A stretch of DNA of 64,000 bases from Rhizodiscina lignyota (taxonomy: Eukaryota), in contig ML978125.1 in the NCBI GenBank assembly GCA_010015805.1, positions 248,001 to 312,000 on the forward strand, written 5' to 3'. Made by a program: the position numbers and the translations under genes. Shown piece by piece: positions 12,387-24,931 of this stretch. Numbering within the stretch: the stretch's first letter is position 1; each line of letters begins with the position of its first letter. The notes below the pieces were generated by a model, which searched no databases, was not told the origin of the DNA, and saw only the letters and a list, made by a program, of their open reading frames with translations.

Positions 12387-14086
12387 TCAATCCACTTTCC
12401 TGGTTGTAGGCCCATTTACAATCTTCTCATTCGGTCCTGGCAATGCACTGCCGTTAATGGAGTCATTCTGTGCTGCTCTCTCCGCCTCCTGTCGTCGCTT
12501 AGCTTCTTCGACCTTCTCCTTTGGGATAGTGAGAGCATTGATGCCCAGATATTTGCAGATGCTATTTATGACCAGGTATGCCCATCGTCCATATATGATT
12601 GCAGCAAAGACAAAGTAGACCTGGAGATAGCGAAGTTCGAGAGTATCCGTCCAAATTGGCTTGAGGCCAAGCAGTGGATAATTCGAGACAACGGCACCGA
12701 TCAGAAGAGGGGCAAGAAGGGCCGTCCAGTATGGAAATGGCTGTCGAGTAAGGTGGGCAAGAATGATCTTGGTCGTCATACGTCCGAATACCAGGCTCAT
12801 AGTGAGCGAGAAGAGGACGAGGTGGTTGTTCCTCAGCAACGAGCTGTATGGACTACCAAGCCAGCCGACACACCCACCAGTGAACAAGACCATTGGAGTC
12901 CACTCAAGAAGCAGCGGAAGTGTAGGGAGGCCTTTTGCACTCCGAGCGCGGTAGACGTTGGACACGCATTCTGGAAGGTGGGCGACCAGAAACGCAACGA
13001 GGATGAATACAACCCAAATGTCCTTTAGATTCGTCGTCGTTGTGAAGTACTTGGCGGTGAGAGGATGAAGGGACGGATCGGTGAGGGTTTGGATGGCTTC
13101 TGGGAGGTAAGGGTAGAACGGTATTGACCATATCTGAGCTCCGTATATTCCGGAGGCGATCATGAAGATACAGGCAATGATGAGTCCCTCTGTCCCACTG
13201 TGTCAGTAAGAAGGATTTGTGGTAAAAATGGAAGGCCATTACTCACCTGTTGGTCCATTGAAGTAACCCAGATAGAGAGTGTGCGTGTGGTACGTCTCCC
13301 AGGTTGAGAAGAACATGGGTAGACAAGGAACGAGAGCTGTGAAGGCGCCAGTCTTCGTCGGTCCGAATCCCATTGCAGCCACTTCAAAAAGAGAAGCCAG
13401 GGTGCAATTGAGGGAATCAATGCCATGACTGCCAAATTTTAGCCTGTCTCCTTCTTTGTCAATCCTTGGGGAGGGTCATACTCGAACAGCTCTCCCAAAG
13501 GACTTGACGTTCCAGTCCTCCGTGCTTGCTTCCCATCCACATTGTCCATTGTAGAGTACCTGCGGTTCGAAGTTGTCAATAGGCGGTGGTAGGAAAGGCG
13601 CACGTAGCACAAGCGTACATCCAGATGCCCACGGCGAAGCTATAATACACCCAGCTAGGAGCCTGCCGGAGAATTTCGTTAATAACAGCTCGACGGCTCC
13701 CAAGCAGAGAGCGGAGGAAGACTAACCGGTCCAACCATATCCGGAACATAAATCTCTAGTAATATTACATTTCCGAGAATGAAAAAGAATCCGATGAGAG
13801 TGACTAGGTTCGGAGCGAGCCATAGTGGAAGCAATTGGACGAACCAATTCCACTACAACGTTTGTGAGCGGATGTATTCTGGGTATTTCGATGGACGTAC
13901 GTAGTGTCGGAGGATGTAGTAAGAGACTGGAGACTTGTCCACGCTCGAATACTTGTAGGATTTGAGATGTACGAGAGCATCCTCCGAGATGCACTCGTGT
14001 GCCGCGGTTTCTGCAGGACTGTCAGTAACGCGGTCTTCATGGAGTAAATTTATATGCCGGCGGGTAGGGTACCAACCTTTGCGCAT
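12387..14086 (-). CDS. EPT1: Choline/ethanolamine phosphotransferase (CDP-alcohol phosphatidyltransferase, EPT1/CPT1 family; multi-exon)
   Basis: Spliced translation gives [23 protein letters not shown] and [24 protein letters not shown] (CDP-alcohol motif), then [13 protein letters not shown]. The ATG at 14086 is followed by a short intron. Confidence 0.9.
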
Positions 14087-15102
14087 AATGTGCAGCGACT
14101 GGGGATTGCTCTCTTGCGAACGAGGGACAGAGTACACGGAACCAGATAGTATCAGCGTTCATGTGCCATGAAGAAAGAGAATTGGACGGAAAAGGGGGCG
14201 CCTTGAGTTTGCTCAAAAAGTGAACATGCGCTGGCGCGTAACTGTCCTTTCCGGCAAAGCTCGTCAGGGTCTGTTTCGACGTTGTACGCACGTGAAAAGT
14301 AGCGTGGCCGTCGTTACTGGCTTCGATTGGTCAATGCTCCCGCCCAGTATAAATGGGGGAGAGCAGGGTGCTTCTGCTCTCAACTTCCAACTTCAACTTC
14401 AACTTCATCGTACTCACGCGAGATATCGACAGGTACAGCTGCACACCCTCAAGATGAGTCCATTCCGTTCGCTCCGGCTAGTGCCGCTGTATAGTGTGGT
14501 CGCTCTTTAGCGTCCTCAATGTTCCATGTTCGATGATGGAGTTTCAGCTGCAGAAGGGCACGTTGCTGTGCTTTGGAGACAGCAGATTACGAAAGCTCAT
14601 CCCCCTGCGACTTCCTTCTTCAGCATCACCAAATGTCCGATTACGACCCAGACTCGGCGATTCTCTAGCCTAGCCGCATGCTTTCGCTCGTTTCCACGCC
14701 GAGCCCGCGGAATTCGCAAGGTGTAACGTCCCTACTGTTCCCTTTCCATGAGGGTAAATGATAACCTGCCGCTACTGGCTGTTCCCCCGCCGTAGCTAGA
14801 GCTTGCCATGCCATCCGCACGATGACTAACGACAGAGTAATCCTGGACCACAAGAGACAGCGAATCACGCTTCTCGTAAATCGGATTACGGCGGGGCGAT
14901 GCGTTCGTCGTGTCCTAAGGACGCGATGTCGCGTATGTCGCACGAAAGCACGAATAGGTCGCTATCAGCTCTGTCACCGCGGAATTGATTAGAAAAGAAA
15001 GTAGTTAAAAGGGCAGGTGCCTCTTTCCCACAGCTCTCAACTTCTCGCAGCTCAAAGCAACTTTCATTCACTGCTCTCGCATTTCCACAGCGATCATTCA
15101 CG

Positions 15103-16110
15103 ATGCCTCTTCCAGATGACCAACAAGCCGTAGAGGTTGCTAAGGACCTCATTAGCACTCTCAAAGGAGCTTTTGGCACCCCGCCTGGTTATCGTCCTGG
15201 TACCTATGTTCAAACTGCGTTTTGATTAAGGTCTGGTTTCTAACCGCTTCAACTAGCTCATGCTAAAGGTGTCCTCCTGACCGGCACCTTTACACCATCT
15301 TCGACAGCTTCCTCTCTCTCAAGCGCATACCACCTGAACAATGTGACACCAGTGACCGCGCGTTTCTCGTCCAGCACGGGTATCCCAACGATCCCAGACA
15401 CAGATGCAAATGCCGATCCACGCGGATTCGCAGTCCGCTTCCACTATCCTGAGAAGAACGGACGTCGCGTGCACACGGATATCGTCTCACACAGCGTTGA
15501 CAAGTTCCCCACGCGCACGGGTGCTGAATTCTTGGAATTTCTTCAGGCCGTCGGAGCAAGTCAAGGTGCACCTGAGCCCACTCCAGTGCAGAAGTTCCTT
15601 GGCTCTCATCCAGAGACCCTCGACTTTGTGCAAGCACCAAAGCCACCCCCAGCCAGCTTCGCAGAAGAGCCATTCTTCGGTGTCACCGCATTCAAGCTGA
15701 TCAACGGCGACAAGGAGACCTTCGTCCGCTACCGCATCGTCCCAACTGCTGGTGTTCACCAACTCTCGGCTGACGAGGTCAGCTCGAAGGGCCCTAACTA
15801 TCTCATCGAAGAGATTCACGAGCGTGTTGCCAACGGCCCAGTGACGTTCAAACTGAACGCTCAAGTTGCAGAGGCGGGTGACACGACCGACAACAACACA
15901 GTACACTGGCCAGAGAGCAGGCAGGTTGTGGAGTTGGGAGAGATCAAGCTGGACAAGGTCGAGCCTGATGACAAGCAGGCCGCTGAGCAGAAGAACATCA
16001 TCTTCGATCCCATCCCGAGGGTGGAAGGGCTTGCGCCGAGTGCGGATCCGTTGTTGGACGTGAGAGCAGCCCTCTACCTGATTAGTGGCAAAGAGAGGAG
16101 AGCAGCGTAG
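15103..16110 (+). CDS. Catalase-related heme peroxidase (SrpA-like small catalase), 1 intron
   Basis: MPLPDD...GYRP|AHAKG (distal His), ARFS, DPRGFAVRF, FDPIPRVEG and ADPLLDVRAALY (proximal RxxxY). Confidence 0.9.
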
Positions 16111-16651
16111 GCTAGTCTTCATGTGCGGACCATGCATACCTGGTCCTAGTTCTACGGCTGCTTAGAAGCTCTTTGTGGAGTGCGAAAGCATGCTGGATGT
16201 ATAGAAGCTCAGACCCAAAGCGGAAATCATCCAATAGCCATATTGGGTTAGTCTTACTTCGAAAGTGAACGATGAAATATGACCTTGCTTTATCCCTGCA
16301 TGAGCCCGTAAGGCGGCATATCATTTCCATATCATTAGATAACGAGATGCTCGAGTCCATGTCGTCGCCTAACTTGGTGGCTGCGCAGGTGAGGGGCTCT
16401 AGCTGTTAGAGGGATGGCGCGGATCTCCGATATCGTCGCAGCAAAAAGGCCAGCCGCAGAGGAGAAGCGCGCCCAGTTCCGACAGTTGGAGACATCCATG
16501 CTCTCCATGTTTCAATTTGCCTTGCACTCGTCAAAGACTACTCCCAATGCTTTCAGCAGCTCCATTGCCTCCATGCTATGACCTCGTTGAGCGCCCTGGA
16601 GGCGACCGGGATCTCGATAGATGCCCGCTTTGAGCGTTGCTGGGTGGTGCC

Positions 16652-19600
16652 ATGAAACGGAGACAGACCTTCGCGTGCGCGCGATGCTTTCGGAGGAAGA
16701 AGCGATGTATTGCTGCATTTCCTTCTTGTGTGGACTGCCAGAGGGCCGGGGTGAAATGCGTCAATCTAAACCGTGACTCTGACGCCGAGTACCCAAGAAG
16801 GTTTGCAACGACAAGCACGTGCGTTATCTCGATCATGGGCTTACAGCAGGATAGTGTCGTTGCCTTCCTGGAACGTTCAATTACTGAGCTCCAGGCAGAG
16901 ATCGATCAGCAAAAAAGCTTGTCTGCTCCCGGTTCAGTTGCAGGAACTCGCTTGTCTGCCGCTGCTTACGAGCGCTTCTCAAACGTAGTGCAGAACTGTA
17001 TGAGGCATGACTGCAACGCGTCTATCAAGGGCCAACCGAGAGCCATCTACAGCGATGTCTTACTTACTAGTTCTACACCTCCGAGGCCAGCGGTTCTACC
17101 TACCGTGGATCGAAACAGGTCGTCTCATACTCCGAGGACAAGTCTGGATGATATTCCTCCCTCCGTGGCTGAAATACTTTTGGACATATACGTCGAGAAG
17201 ATTCTGCCTCATAATGCCATCTTTCTAGAAGATGAGGTACGCGAACTATATCGTAGAGTATGCGTGGATATCTCTGCACAACAACGAGATGCTCGAGATC
17301 TTTTCATGATATTGATGGTGTTCGCCATCAGTACAATGTGTTCTAAATGCGACGACTTTCGCCGGCCGGCTTCGTTGGCGGAATCTCTTCATGCTGAAGC
17401 TGTACACTACTTTGACTGTACAATCAGCAGCACCACTTCGCTGCAGTGTCTCCTACTCGCAATCCAACTTGCATACGTTCTTCCTGACACCGGTAACATG
17501 GTGAGCTTGGTTGCAGAAGCCATGAGGATGGCCGCCGAGTTACGTCTGCATACTGATCCTTCCGACGGACATGGCCGACATGATGCCGAGAAACGTCAAA
17601 GGCTATTTTGGCAGGTTAGCGGAATACATCTACCCCCATTGCTTTCAGCAAAGACTAACTTTACTTCTAAAGACATATATCATGGAGAGATCTGTCAACT
17701 CATCTGCGAGACAACCTTTGGTCATTGGTGATGATGACATAGACATACCGTTCCCACAAGCTGCAGATCTACAGGGAACCGAAAAATGGCGAGCAAATTT
17801 CGCAACCATCATCCGCTATCGCCACTTCCAGGGCGAAATATTTAGCAGACAGTATCGCAATGCAGATCTAGCTGAACAACCTTACGACGAGTGGATGGCG
17901 CAAAAGGAGCTTGAGGTTCTGTCTTGGAGAGGACGAGCATTAGGAGCTAGTGACACACTCCCGGATTGGTTCAAATTTGGGACTTCGTACATCTTACTCA
18001 GCCTGCATCGTCCTTCTCCCGTCAACCCGACGCCTAGCTTAGCATCGGTGCGAGAATGCATCGTAGCTGCGGGCCATCTAATCTCTGGCTTTCACCATGC
18101 TGCCCGAAACAGTTTATTCAAGTTCACTTGGCATGCTCTGCATAACTGCTTCGAAGGCGGGGCCATCCTCCTTTACAATATCCTACAGTACAATGAGGCA
18201 TTCCGATGCCTCTCAAACGACCTCTTCCAACAGACGGGAGATGTTTTGCGCGAATTGACAGATTTCTTCCCAATCGTTTGCGAGCGATGGCCGAGAGCAA
18301 GAAAAACTGTCGACTTATTCGAAAGCTTAAAAGCACGCGTACTACAAGTCCATGCATTATCATTGCAGGGAGCCGTGGAGCCCGATTTGGAGCTGCATCA
18401 GTTTCTTCGCGACGTCATCTTTCAGAAATCCATCGGAATATCAAACATACATCACGGCTTGTCACTCGGTGTCAATCAAAGTCACACCGCCCTCTCTATT
18501 GATCTAGCATCGACAGAAGAATCCGATGGTGTAGCAAGCTGGCTGGACGCGATTCCGAATCTGGACATCTTTGATGACTTTCATTTTCTAGAACTGCCAA
18601 CCTCCATGTCACCATGGTTGTTGCCAGAGTCGTTCGACACACCCAGTCCGAGGCCACCAATACCAGCAAGTCCAGCCCAAGATGCTGCAGGAATGTATGA
18701 GCCACACATGGACCCGAGCGATCACGCTGATGCCGCATCCTCTTTCATAGAGGAGGCCTTTGATCAGCTCCCTGCCTGTTTAAAGTGTCGTCGCCGGAAA
18801 ATCAAGTGCGACCGTAAATTTCCCTGTTGCGGATATTGTGCACGCACGAATCAAGTTTGCACCATCGTCGATCCGGTACTCGATCAAGAGATCCCACGGT
18901 CACGTTTACAACAGCTGAAGCAGAGATACGATGACCTCTCTCAGAAATTGATCGAAGGAAAGACTCGAGAGGACATCAGCTTCAAGGGAGAGGATGGCCG
19001 TGCGAGTAGCTCGGCATCTACAGAACATAATGACACAATGGCATCAAGCTTACTTGATTCATCATTTGATACCTTCTCAAAGAATCCAAAGGGTAAGACC
19101 GTGTATGTTGGCCGCTCCAGCCCCTTGTTTTCTTTAGGAAGAGCCTTGGATGCCGCGAATATCGGGAAGGCGAGAAGTATCATTGCTTCTATACAGAATC
19201 CCCTCGAACGGGCCTCTGGAGATCTTTCGATTGACTTCCGAAGAACCCTCACTGCTCCTGAAATCGCAGTGCTTATTGATGTATACCATAACAGCATCGA
19301 AGTCTTGTTTCCTGGTCTAAAACAGCAGACACTGGGGCTGATGGCGCCGGGAAGCCCCGAAATAAGTCAACACTCTAATCTCTCAACGCGACAAACGACT
19401 TCCACCAACCTCGTCCTCGCGGTAGCAGCGAGAATGCTTGCCAAGAGAGATTCGCGGATGATGGCAGTCTCCACCGCGCTCCTTGGCGCTGCGATGCAAG
19501 ACTACTCGAGTTTTTGCAGTGAGGTTCAACAGCAGAACGAGGGAGGCCTAACCGCGGTATTTCTGCTCTGCTTGTACTTTTTGCTGGATCCCTCTTCTGG

Positions 19601-20554
19601 AGATGTATGGCGTCTACTTGGCTACGCCTGTAGGCTCTGTACCGAGCTGAGCTGGGACTTTTCTGGAACACTTGGACCAGAGAAAGCTAATTGGCCCTTG
19701 CGATGCTCAGTATTCAGACTGGAGTGGTATTCGCCCCGCACCAACATTCATCTGTATTAAGCTGATCTTTTATCAGTGATGTGTCTATTGCTTACGGTCT
19801 CCCTCCACAGCGTTCCATGCTTTGCATTGACCGTTCGGTGAGCTTACCACACTTACTACTTAACACCTTCTGAAGAAATTACTAATCCTGACTCACGTAG
19901 TGGATCAGCGCCTATGAGACAGACCAAGGAGCGCAATGGACAGCTTACTACCTTCACCGACTAGCCGTGATTAAGCTGTCGATCCATGCTCATATCCTCA
20001 CGAAACATGACGCTCTTGCTGACTGGGAAGTTCTACAAGAGAGACTCCATCGGTGGCAGTCGGCGTGGAAACTCCATATCGAAACAGTGCGGACATTGTC
20101 GAGCACGGATCACGGGATGATATCCTGGTTAGAGCGATGTGGAGAGTTCTATTTCTGCGAGGCTGCTCTTTTCTTTTACAGAGCGGCAGGGGACAGCTCG
20201 ATGCCACTCGCTGACGCTCACGACTTTGCGATCCGATACATCGAGGCATTCTCAATCCTGTATAAGGGCCATCACCATATCTCACCCACAGCTGCGATAG
20301 ATGGACAGAGTCATCTAGCGGATTCGAAATTAGTATTTCCAATATGGTGGACAGCAGTGCACAGCTTGTTCCATGCCGGCATTGTGCTTATCCACCGCCC
20401 GGAGAACGATAAGAAAAGAAGCAACGATTCCCGGCATCAACAGGCAGTACAAACGACGCTCTGGCTACTGGAGTGTCTGAGTATAGACAGAGGGAATCTG
20501 TGTGACGGTCTCGCGGATGAGCTGCAGTATCTGAAGGATCATGTCGGCGCCTGA
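16652..20554 (+). CDS. Zn(II)2Cys6 transcription factor with two tandem Zn-cluster + fungal middle-homology modules (Ppr1/UaY-like)
   Basis: Cluster 1 is CARCFRRKKRCIAAFPSCVDCQRAGVKC (16676-16759). Cluster 2 is CLKCRRRKIKCDRKFPCCGYCARTNQVC (18777-18860). The MHR motif RQRLFWQ|TYIMER...IGDDDIDIPFP is present. Four short GT-AG introns join the ORF pieces in frame. Confidence 0.85.
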
Positions 20555-20677
20555 CGGCACTTGATTTATCAGGAGCAGGAGAGGGTTCAACGCATTTTCA
20601 TTAAAACATTAACGAAGACTTAATAACTAAGACTATGACTACATCTCAACATGGCTTCTCTATGCTTCTCAAGCTTC

Positions 20678-22059
20678 TCACTGCCCGATCCCCCTGGTCT
20701 TGAATCTATGACGCTGCATGCTGTGGCGAAGCTCGTAATACTAGAGACTCATCAGTGAAATCTAACAGATCCATAGCTCGATCCAAAAACTTACATCTCC
20801 AACTGTCAGTGGCTCGTACGCCGCCGGGCGGTCGGCTGAGCAGCACTCCGGTAGACACTGCAAGAGTCAGCATTCGCTTTTGTCAGCGACTAGTGGCGGA
20901 CGGCCTTGCCTTTACGACAGCATCGAGGTTTGGGCTGAAGAAGAATGGAGTGGAGTATCGCTCCTTTCCACTTTCGTTGACGACGCGATGAACGGTAGAT
21001 ACAAAGCGGTTATTGGCCATGCGCATCAGAAAATCGCCAACGTTAACGACGAATGTGCCTTCAATTGGTGCAGCAGGAACCCAATGTGCGTTAGCATTAA
21101 GGACTTCGAGACCGCCAACCTTATCCTGGTTGAGGATGGTGAACACTGTGCTGGTGAGAAAGCTGTCACAACAAGCGAGATCAGATCTCCAATCACTCAC
21201 GAGTGAAATCGGTGTGCGCTCCGATTCCGGTGTCATCTTTGATGTCCGGATCCTGTGGAGGATAATGGAGGCTGAATACACATTAGTCTCGATGAACGTC
21301 TCCTAGATATGCCTTGACACTAACATCTTTTGATTAGTATTGGGTGCATCGACCAATTTGTCAAGCGCCGTCTCTTCAGCACCCAATCCAAGCGCGAAGC
21401 AGCGCGTAAGCTGGCGGGCGAGAGTGATGAAGCGCGAATGGTACGCCATTATCTGCTCCTTGAACTCAGGCCATTCGGCGGGCCACTGGTTGAGGTTCAT
21501 CATCCTCTTCGATGCCTCTGAGAGCGTTGGTGGGACCGGGTCGTACTCTGGATCATATGAATTGAGGAACGACTCTTTCCGATCTGAGACATGGTCAGCA
21601 GAGCAATGAGGACAGTTCCGAATGAAGATTTGTACCTCCTCGGGGCTTTGTGTCATCCAACCTTGCACCGTGAACGGGCTCATATCCCTTCAAGTCTTTA
21701 TTCTTGTAGATGTAATGCTCCATTTTCTTCTCCAATGGCATAGCGAAGTACTCCTTCATGATCTTCCACTGGTCGTCAATCAATTTCTGCTCCACGCCAT
21801 GGTTCTTCATGTAGAAGAATCCAACATCTTCACATGCTTGCGCCACTTGCTTTGCAACCTTCATGCGGTCCTCCAACTTTTCACTGAACATGCCCCCAAC
21901 ATCAATAATGGGGATCTCAGTGAAGGTAGATTTCATTTCCTCTCCTGTAAGGACCTTTCGGCGTTCGCCAAATCGGCCATCATAATGGAAATACACATAA
22001 TCCCCCTCGATCTTTGTGGCGACCTTTGTCGGGGTCTCGGTCACAGTGGTGGTAGACAT
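20678..22059 (-). CDS. 2-oxoglutarate/Fe(II) dioxygenase, IPNS/DIOX_N-type (multi-exon)
   Basis: IPIIDV..ACEDVGFFYMKNHGV, GIGAHTDF (HxD), GGLEV, FVVNVGD, STVHRV and RYS (RxS) motifs. Last exon YYELRHSMQRHRFKTRGIGQ*. Confidence 0.92.
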
Positions 22060-22787
22060 GATGGTAATAACGAGGCCTGAGGCGAAGGATCACGCAGACG
22101 GTTTCGACTTCCAATATAATGGATCCCTTCAGGCAGTATTTATGAAGACCCAAGTTCTCGGTGCTCTTTCTAGCAACACCAAGGACGGAGATACCCCATC
22201 ACAAACCGTTGCGTCGGGCGTTTAGCGCTCACCAAGTCAACAATCACGCGCTATTCCGACGAATAGCCTCCCCGAGCCGTATCATCGGGTTTAAACGCAC
22301 GAGTGTGCAGCTTTCACCATCCTAGCATTATCATCAGTCGGATGCTTTAGCGCGTCTTCGATTCTGCAAAGCATATCAAAAGCGAGAAGCTGCATCTAGA
22401 CTTTATCGCTGGAAGTTCGGACGAGCGAGCAAATGTACTTTGATTGCCGAATACCGCGTTGTCAGTGTAGATATTAGTGAAGACTAGCCCAAGCTTTTTA
22501 GTTCAGCCTCCCGGCGGGACCCCGCGGGACAACATATGCTTCACCAAGTCTTAGCAAGATGAGAAGATATGGTTGGGCACAGCGGTCGTCAAGCCTTGCC
22601 CAGGGACTGACTTGCGGCGAAGTGGACTTACGTAAGGATCAACTCCAAACGTCGGCGAACATCCCTTCCTCCTGAAAAGACGACTCCTGGAGAATTTCGA
22701 GAATATCTTCATTCAAAATTCCGTTTTGATTGATATCTTCGCCATCAATGGCGCGCTACACTATTCGGTTAGAGACTTAGAAGAGGT

Positions 22788-22871
22788 AGAGGTACTTATC
22801 AGAGGTACTTATCATGGATCGGGATTATGCGTCCTCAACAGGCACCAGGTTACCTGTGTCGGGATAATGCG
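22788..22871. promoter_or_regulatory. Repeat cluster in the divergent promoter: 2x AGAGGTACTTATC (GATA sites) and 2x TCGGGATWATGCG
   Basis: Perfect 13-bp tandem repeat at 22788-22813, each copy giving TGATAA on the minus strand. A 13-bp direct repeat with one mismatch lies at 22819-22831 and 22859-22871, 40 bp apart. A regulatory role is inferred. Confidence 0.45.
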
Positions 22872-23198
22872 CGGTCGGAATCCGTCTGCCACACCTGTTG
22901 ATAGCAGCTGCCGTGAGAACCGCGGAGTCGATCCTGAATAGCTGTACAACTAGCGGATCCACACTTCCACTCTCCGAGTCAGGGTTGAAAGATGGGGACG
23001 GTGCAATTGGACGGCGACCTCCAAGGTTGTGATAACGAGAATACAGGAATACCCCTCAGTAATAGTCTAGATTGATAGAGCGCCTCATGAGGCGGGCAAA
23101 AGTTCAGCATAAAATGTGCTGCATGTCCACCTATGACCATGCAGACATTGTTTCTCAAGTTGATTGCTCGCACGCATATTCTTCCCTGAACGTCCATC

Positions 23199-24931
23199 AT
23201 GGGTTTCAACTGGAAAACCAACTTTCGCTGGCATAGGTGAGCTTCACTCTCACCCACAATGGTGCTTTCACTAACAATATAACAGCCCATTTTTGCAAAC
23301 TTGCCTCTGCTCACTATGTCTGGGTCTCACTGCCGGTATTTACGTCGCCCTGTCTTCCTTGGGCGCTGGAGGCGGGCGAGCGGAATCACAGCACATGATT
23401 GATATTGCTCAGTCGTGTCTTGATGGCGCTGCTGTCTTGACTGGTCTCTTTACCGGTGTACTCCTGAACAAGATGGGCCCTGCGTTCTGCACTGCCGTTG
23501 GCGCACTTGGTTATCCTTTCTACGTGGGCGGCTAGTAAGGCCATTCTCTGACAACCTGTTGCTGCGCTCTGTGCTAATGATGTGCTAGCTGGTACTTTGG
23601 CGAAAACGGCCGTCTTGCCTTCCCAATTGCCGGAGCTACTATTCTCGGTTTGACGTGCACACTCATTGAAGGTAGCGTGGGCTACGTTGCAATGTGTTAC
23701 GCCGAAGAACGCCACAAGGGCATGTACGTCGGTATCATGCAGGTACGTATCTTATGTATAAACCAGAAACTGACAGTATCCGCTAATTACTGCACCTGAT
23801 ATAAAGGTTGTACTATATTGCTGCAGTTTTATTGCATCATCAATCCCTCTGGGAATCGATGCCGGCAACCCTGACGCAGATTCCGTGCCCACGGCCGTGT
23901 ATGGAACCTTTGTCGCACTTATGGCCTGCGCTGTCGTAATGGGATCCTTTGTTTTACCTCCAGAAAAGGTTCAGAGAGATGATGGAACGACAATCGCAAA
24001 AATCCCTGATATGACGTTCAAGGAAGCCATCATAGGAGCGGCAAAGTGTTTCGCGGATTGGAGATTGATTCTCTTAGTCCCCGCGATGATGTCGACAGAG
24101 ATCCATCTCGTCTATCTTGGCGTGGTAAATGGTATGCATCTGCATCATTATGCAAAGACTCTGGCAAAGCACTGACATATCATTTTAGGCTGGCACAACA
24201 ACAGCCGCGCGCGTGCTCTGAATGGCTTTATTGCCTTGCTTATTTCCATTCCCGTCAATGTCTTCCTCTCTTGGTTGCTTGATAACAAGCGCTGGAACCG
24301 CAAGGCTCGCGGATATGCCGGCACGATATTCGTCGGCATTTTCCTTATTTCATCTTTCATCGCCGAGGTCGTCCGAGTGCGAGATTGGGATCGGAATGCC
24401 ACTCCACTGTCAGAGGACTGGAACAATTCAAGTTTTGGAGGGGAGCTTATTCTCTTCATCATCGCGTGGAACTCGTCAGGCTTGGTGTTGAACCTGGTCA
24501 CATGGTACTTGGGAGCAATGTCGAACGATCCAGTCATCTGCGCCCATTATTCTGGACTCAGTCGATGCCTGCTCGGAGTCGGGCAAGGTATGATGTTTGG
24601 AATCGATGCGTCGGGCGTAGCATTCGTCGGCGAAGCTGGGGCCATGCTTGCATTGTTTACCTCTTCCATCATCGGGCTGCTACTTTTCACCTACTATTGC
24701 ATGGAGGAGACGAGATACTTCAAGGAAGACCACGTAAGTCTGAAAGATTATTGATCAGTTACAGGATGAACGCTAACACGTACCTCGTTCAAGGTCATCG
24801 TGCCCATTTATGCTCGGGAGCACCGAGCAGGCAGCATTGTCGATCCTGAGGCGGCACCATCTGAGAATGAGAAAGTGCCGGCCTCTAAAGAAGCCAATGC
24901 CAGCGAGACCGCGATCTCTGACTCGATTTGA
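23199..24931 (+). CDS. UNC-93-like MFS transporter (multi-exon)
   Basis: Spliced N-terminus MGFNWKTNFRWHSPFLQT...YVALSSLGAGGG, plus GYPFYVG, YAEERHKG and LPPEKVQRDDGT. Many hydrophobic segments. Final exon ends TGA at 24929-24931. Confidence 0.85.

Noticed and set aside
15487..16137. 216-aa minus-strand ORF
   Set aside because: It is the antisense shadow of the catalase-related gene.
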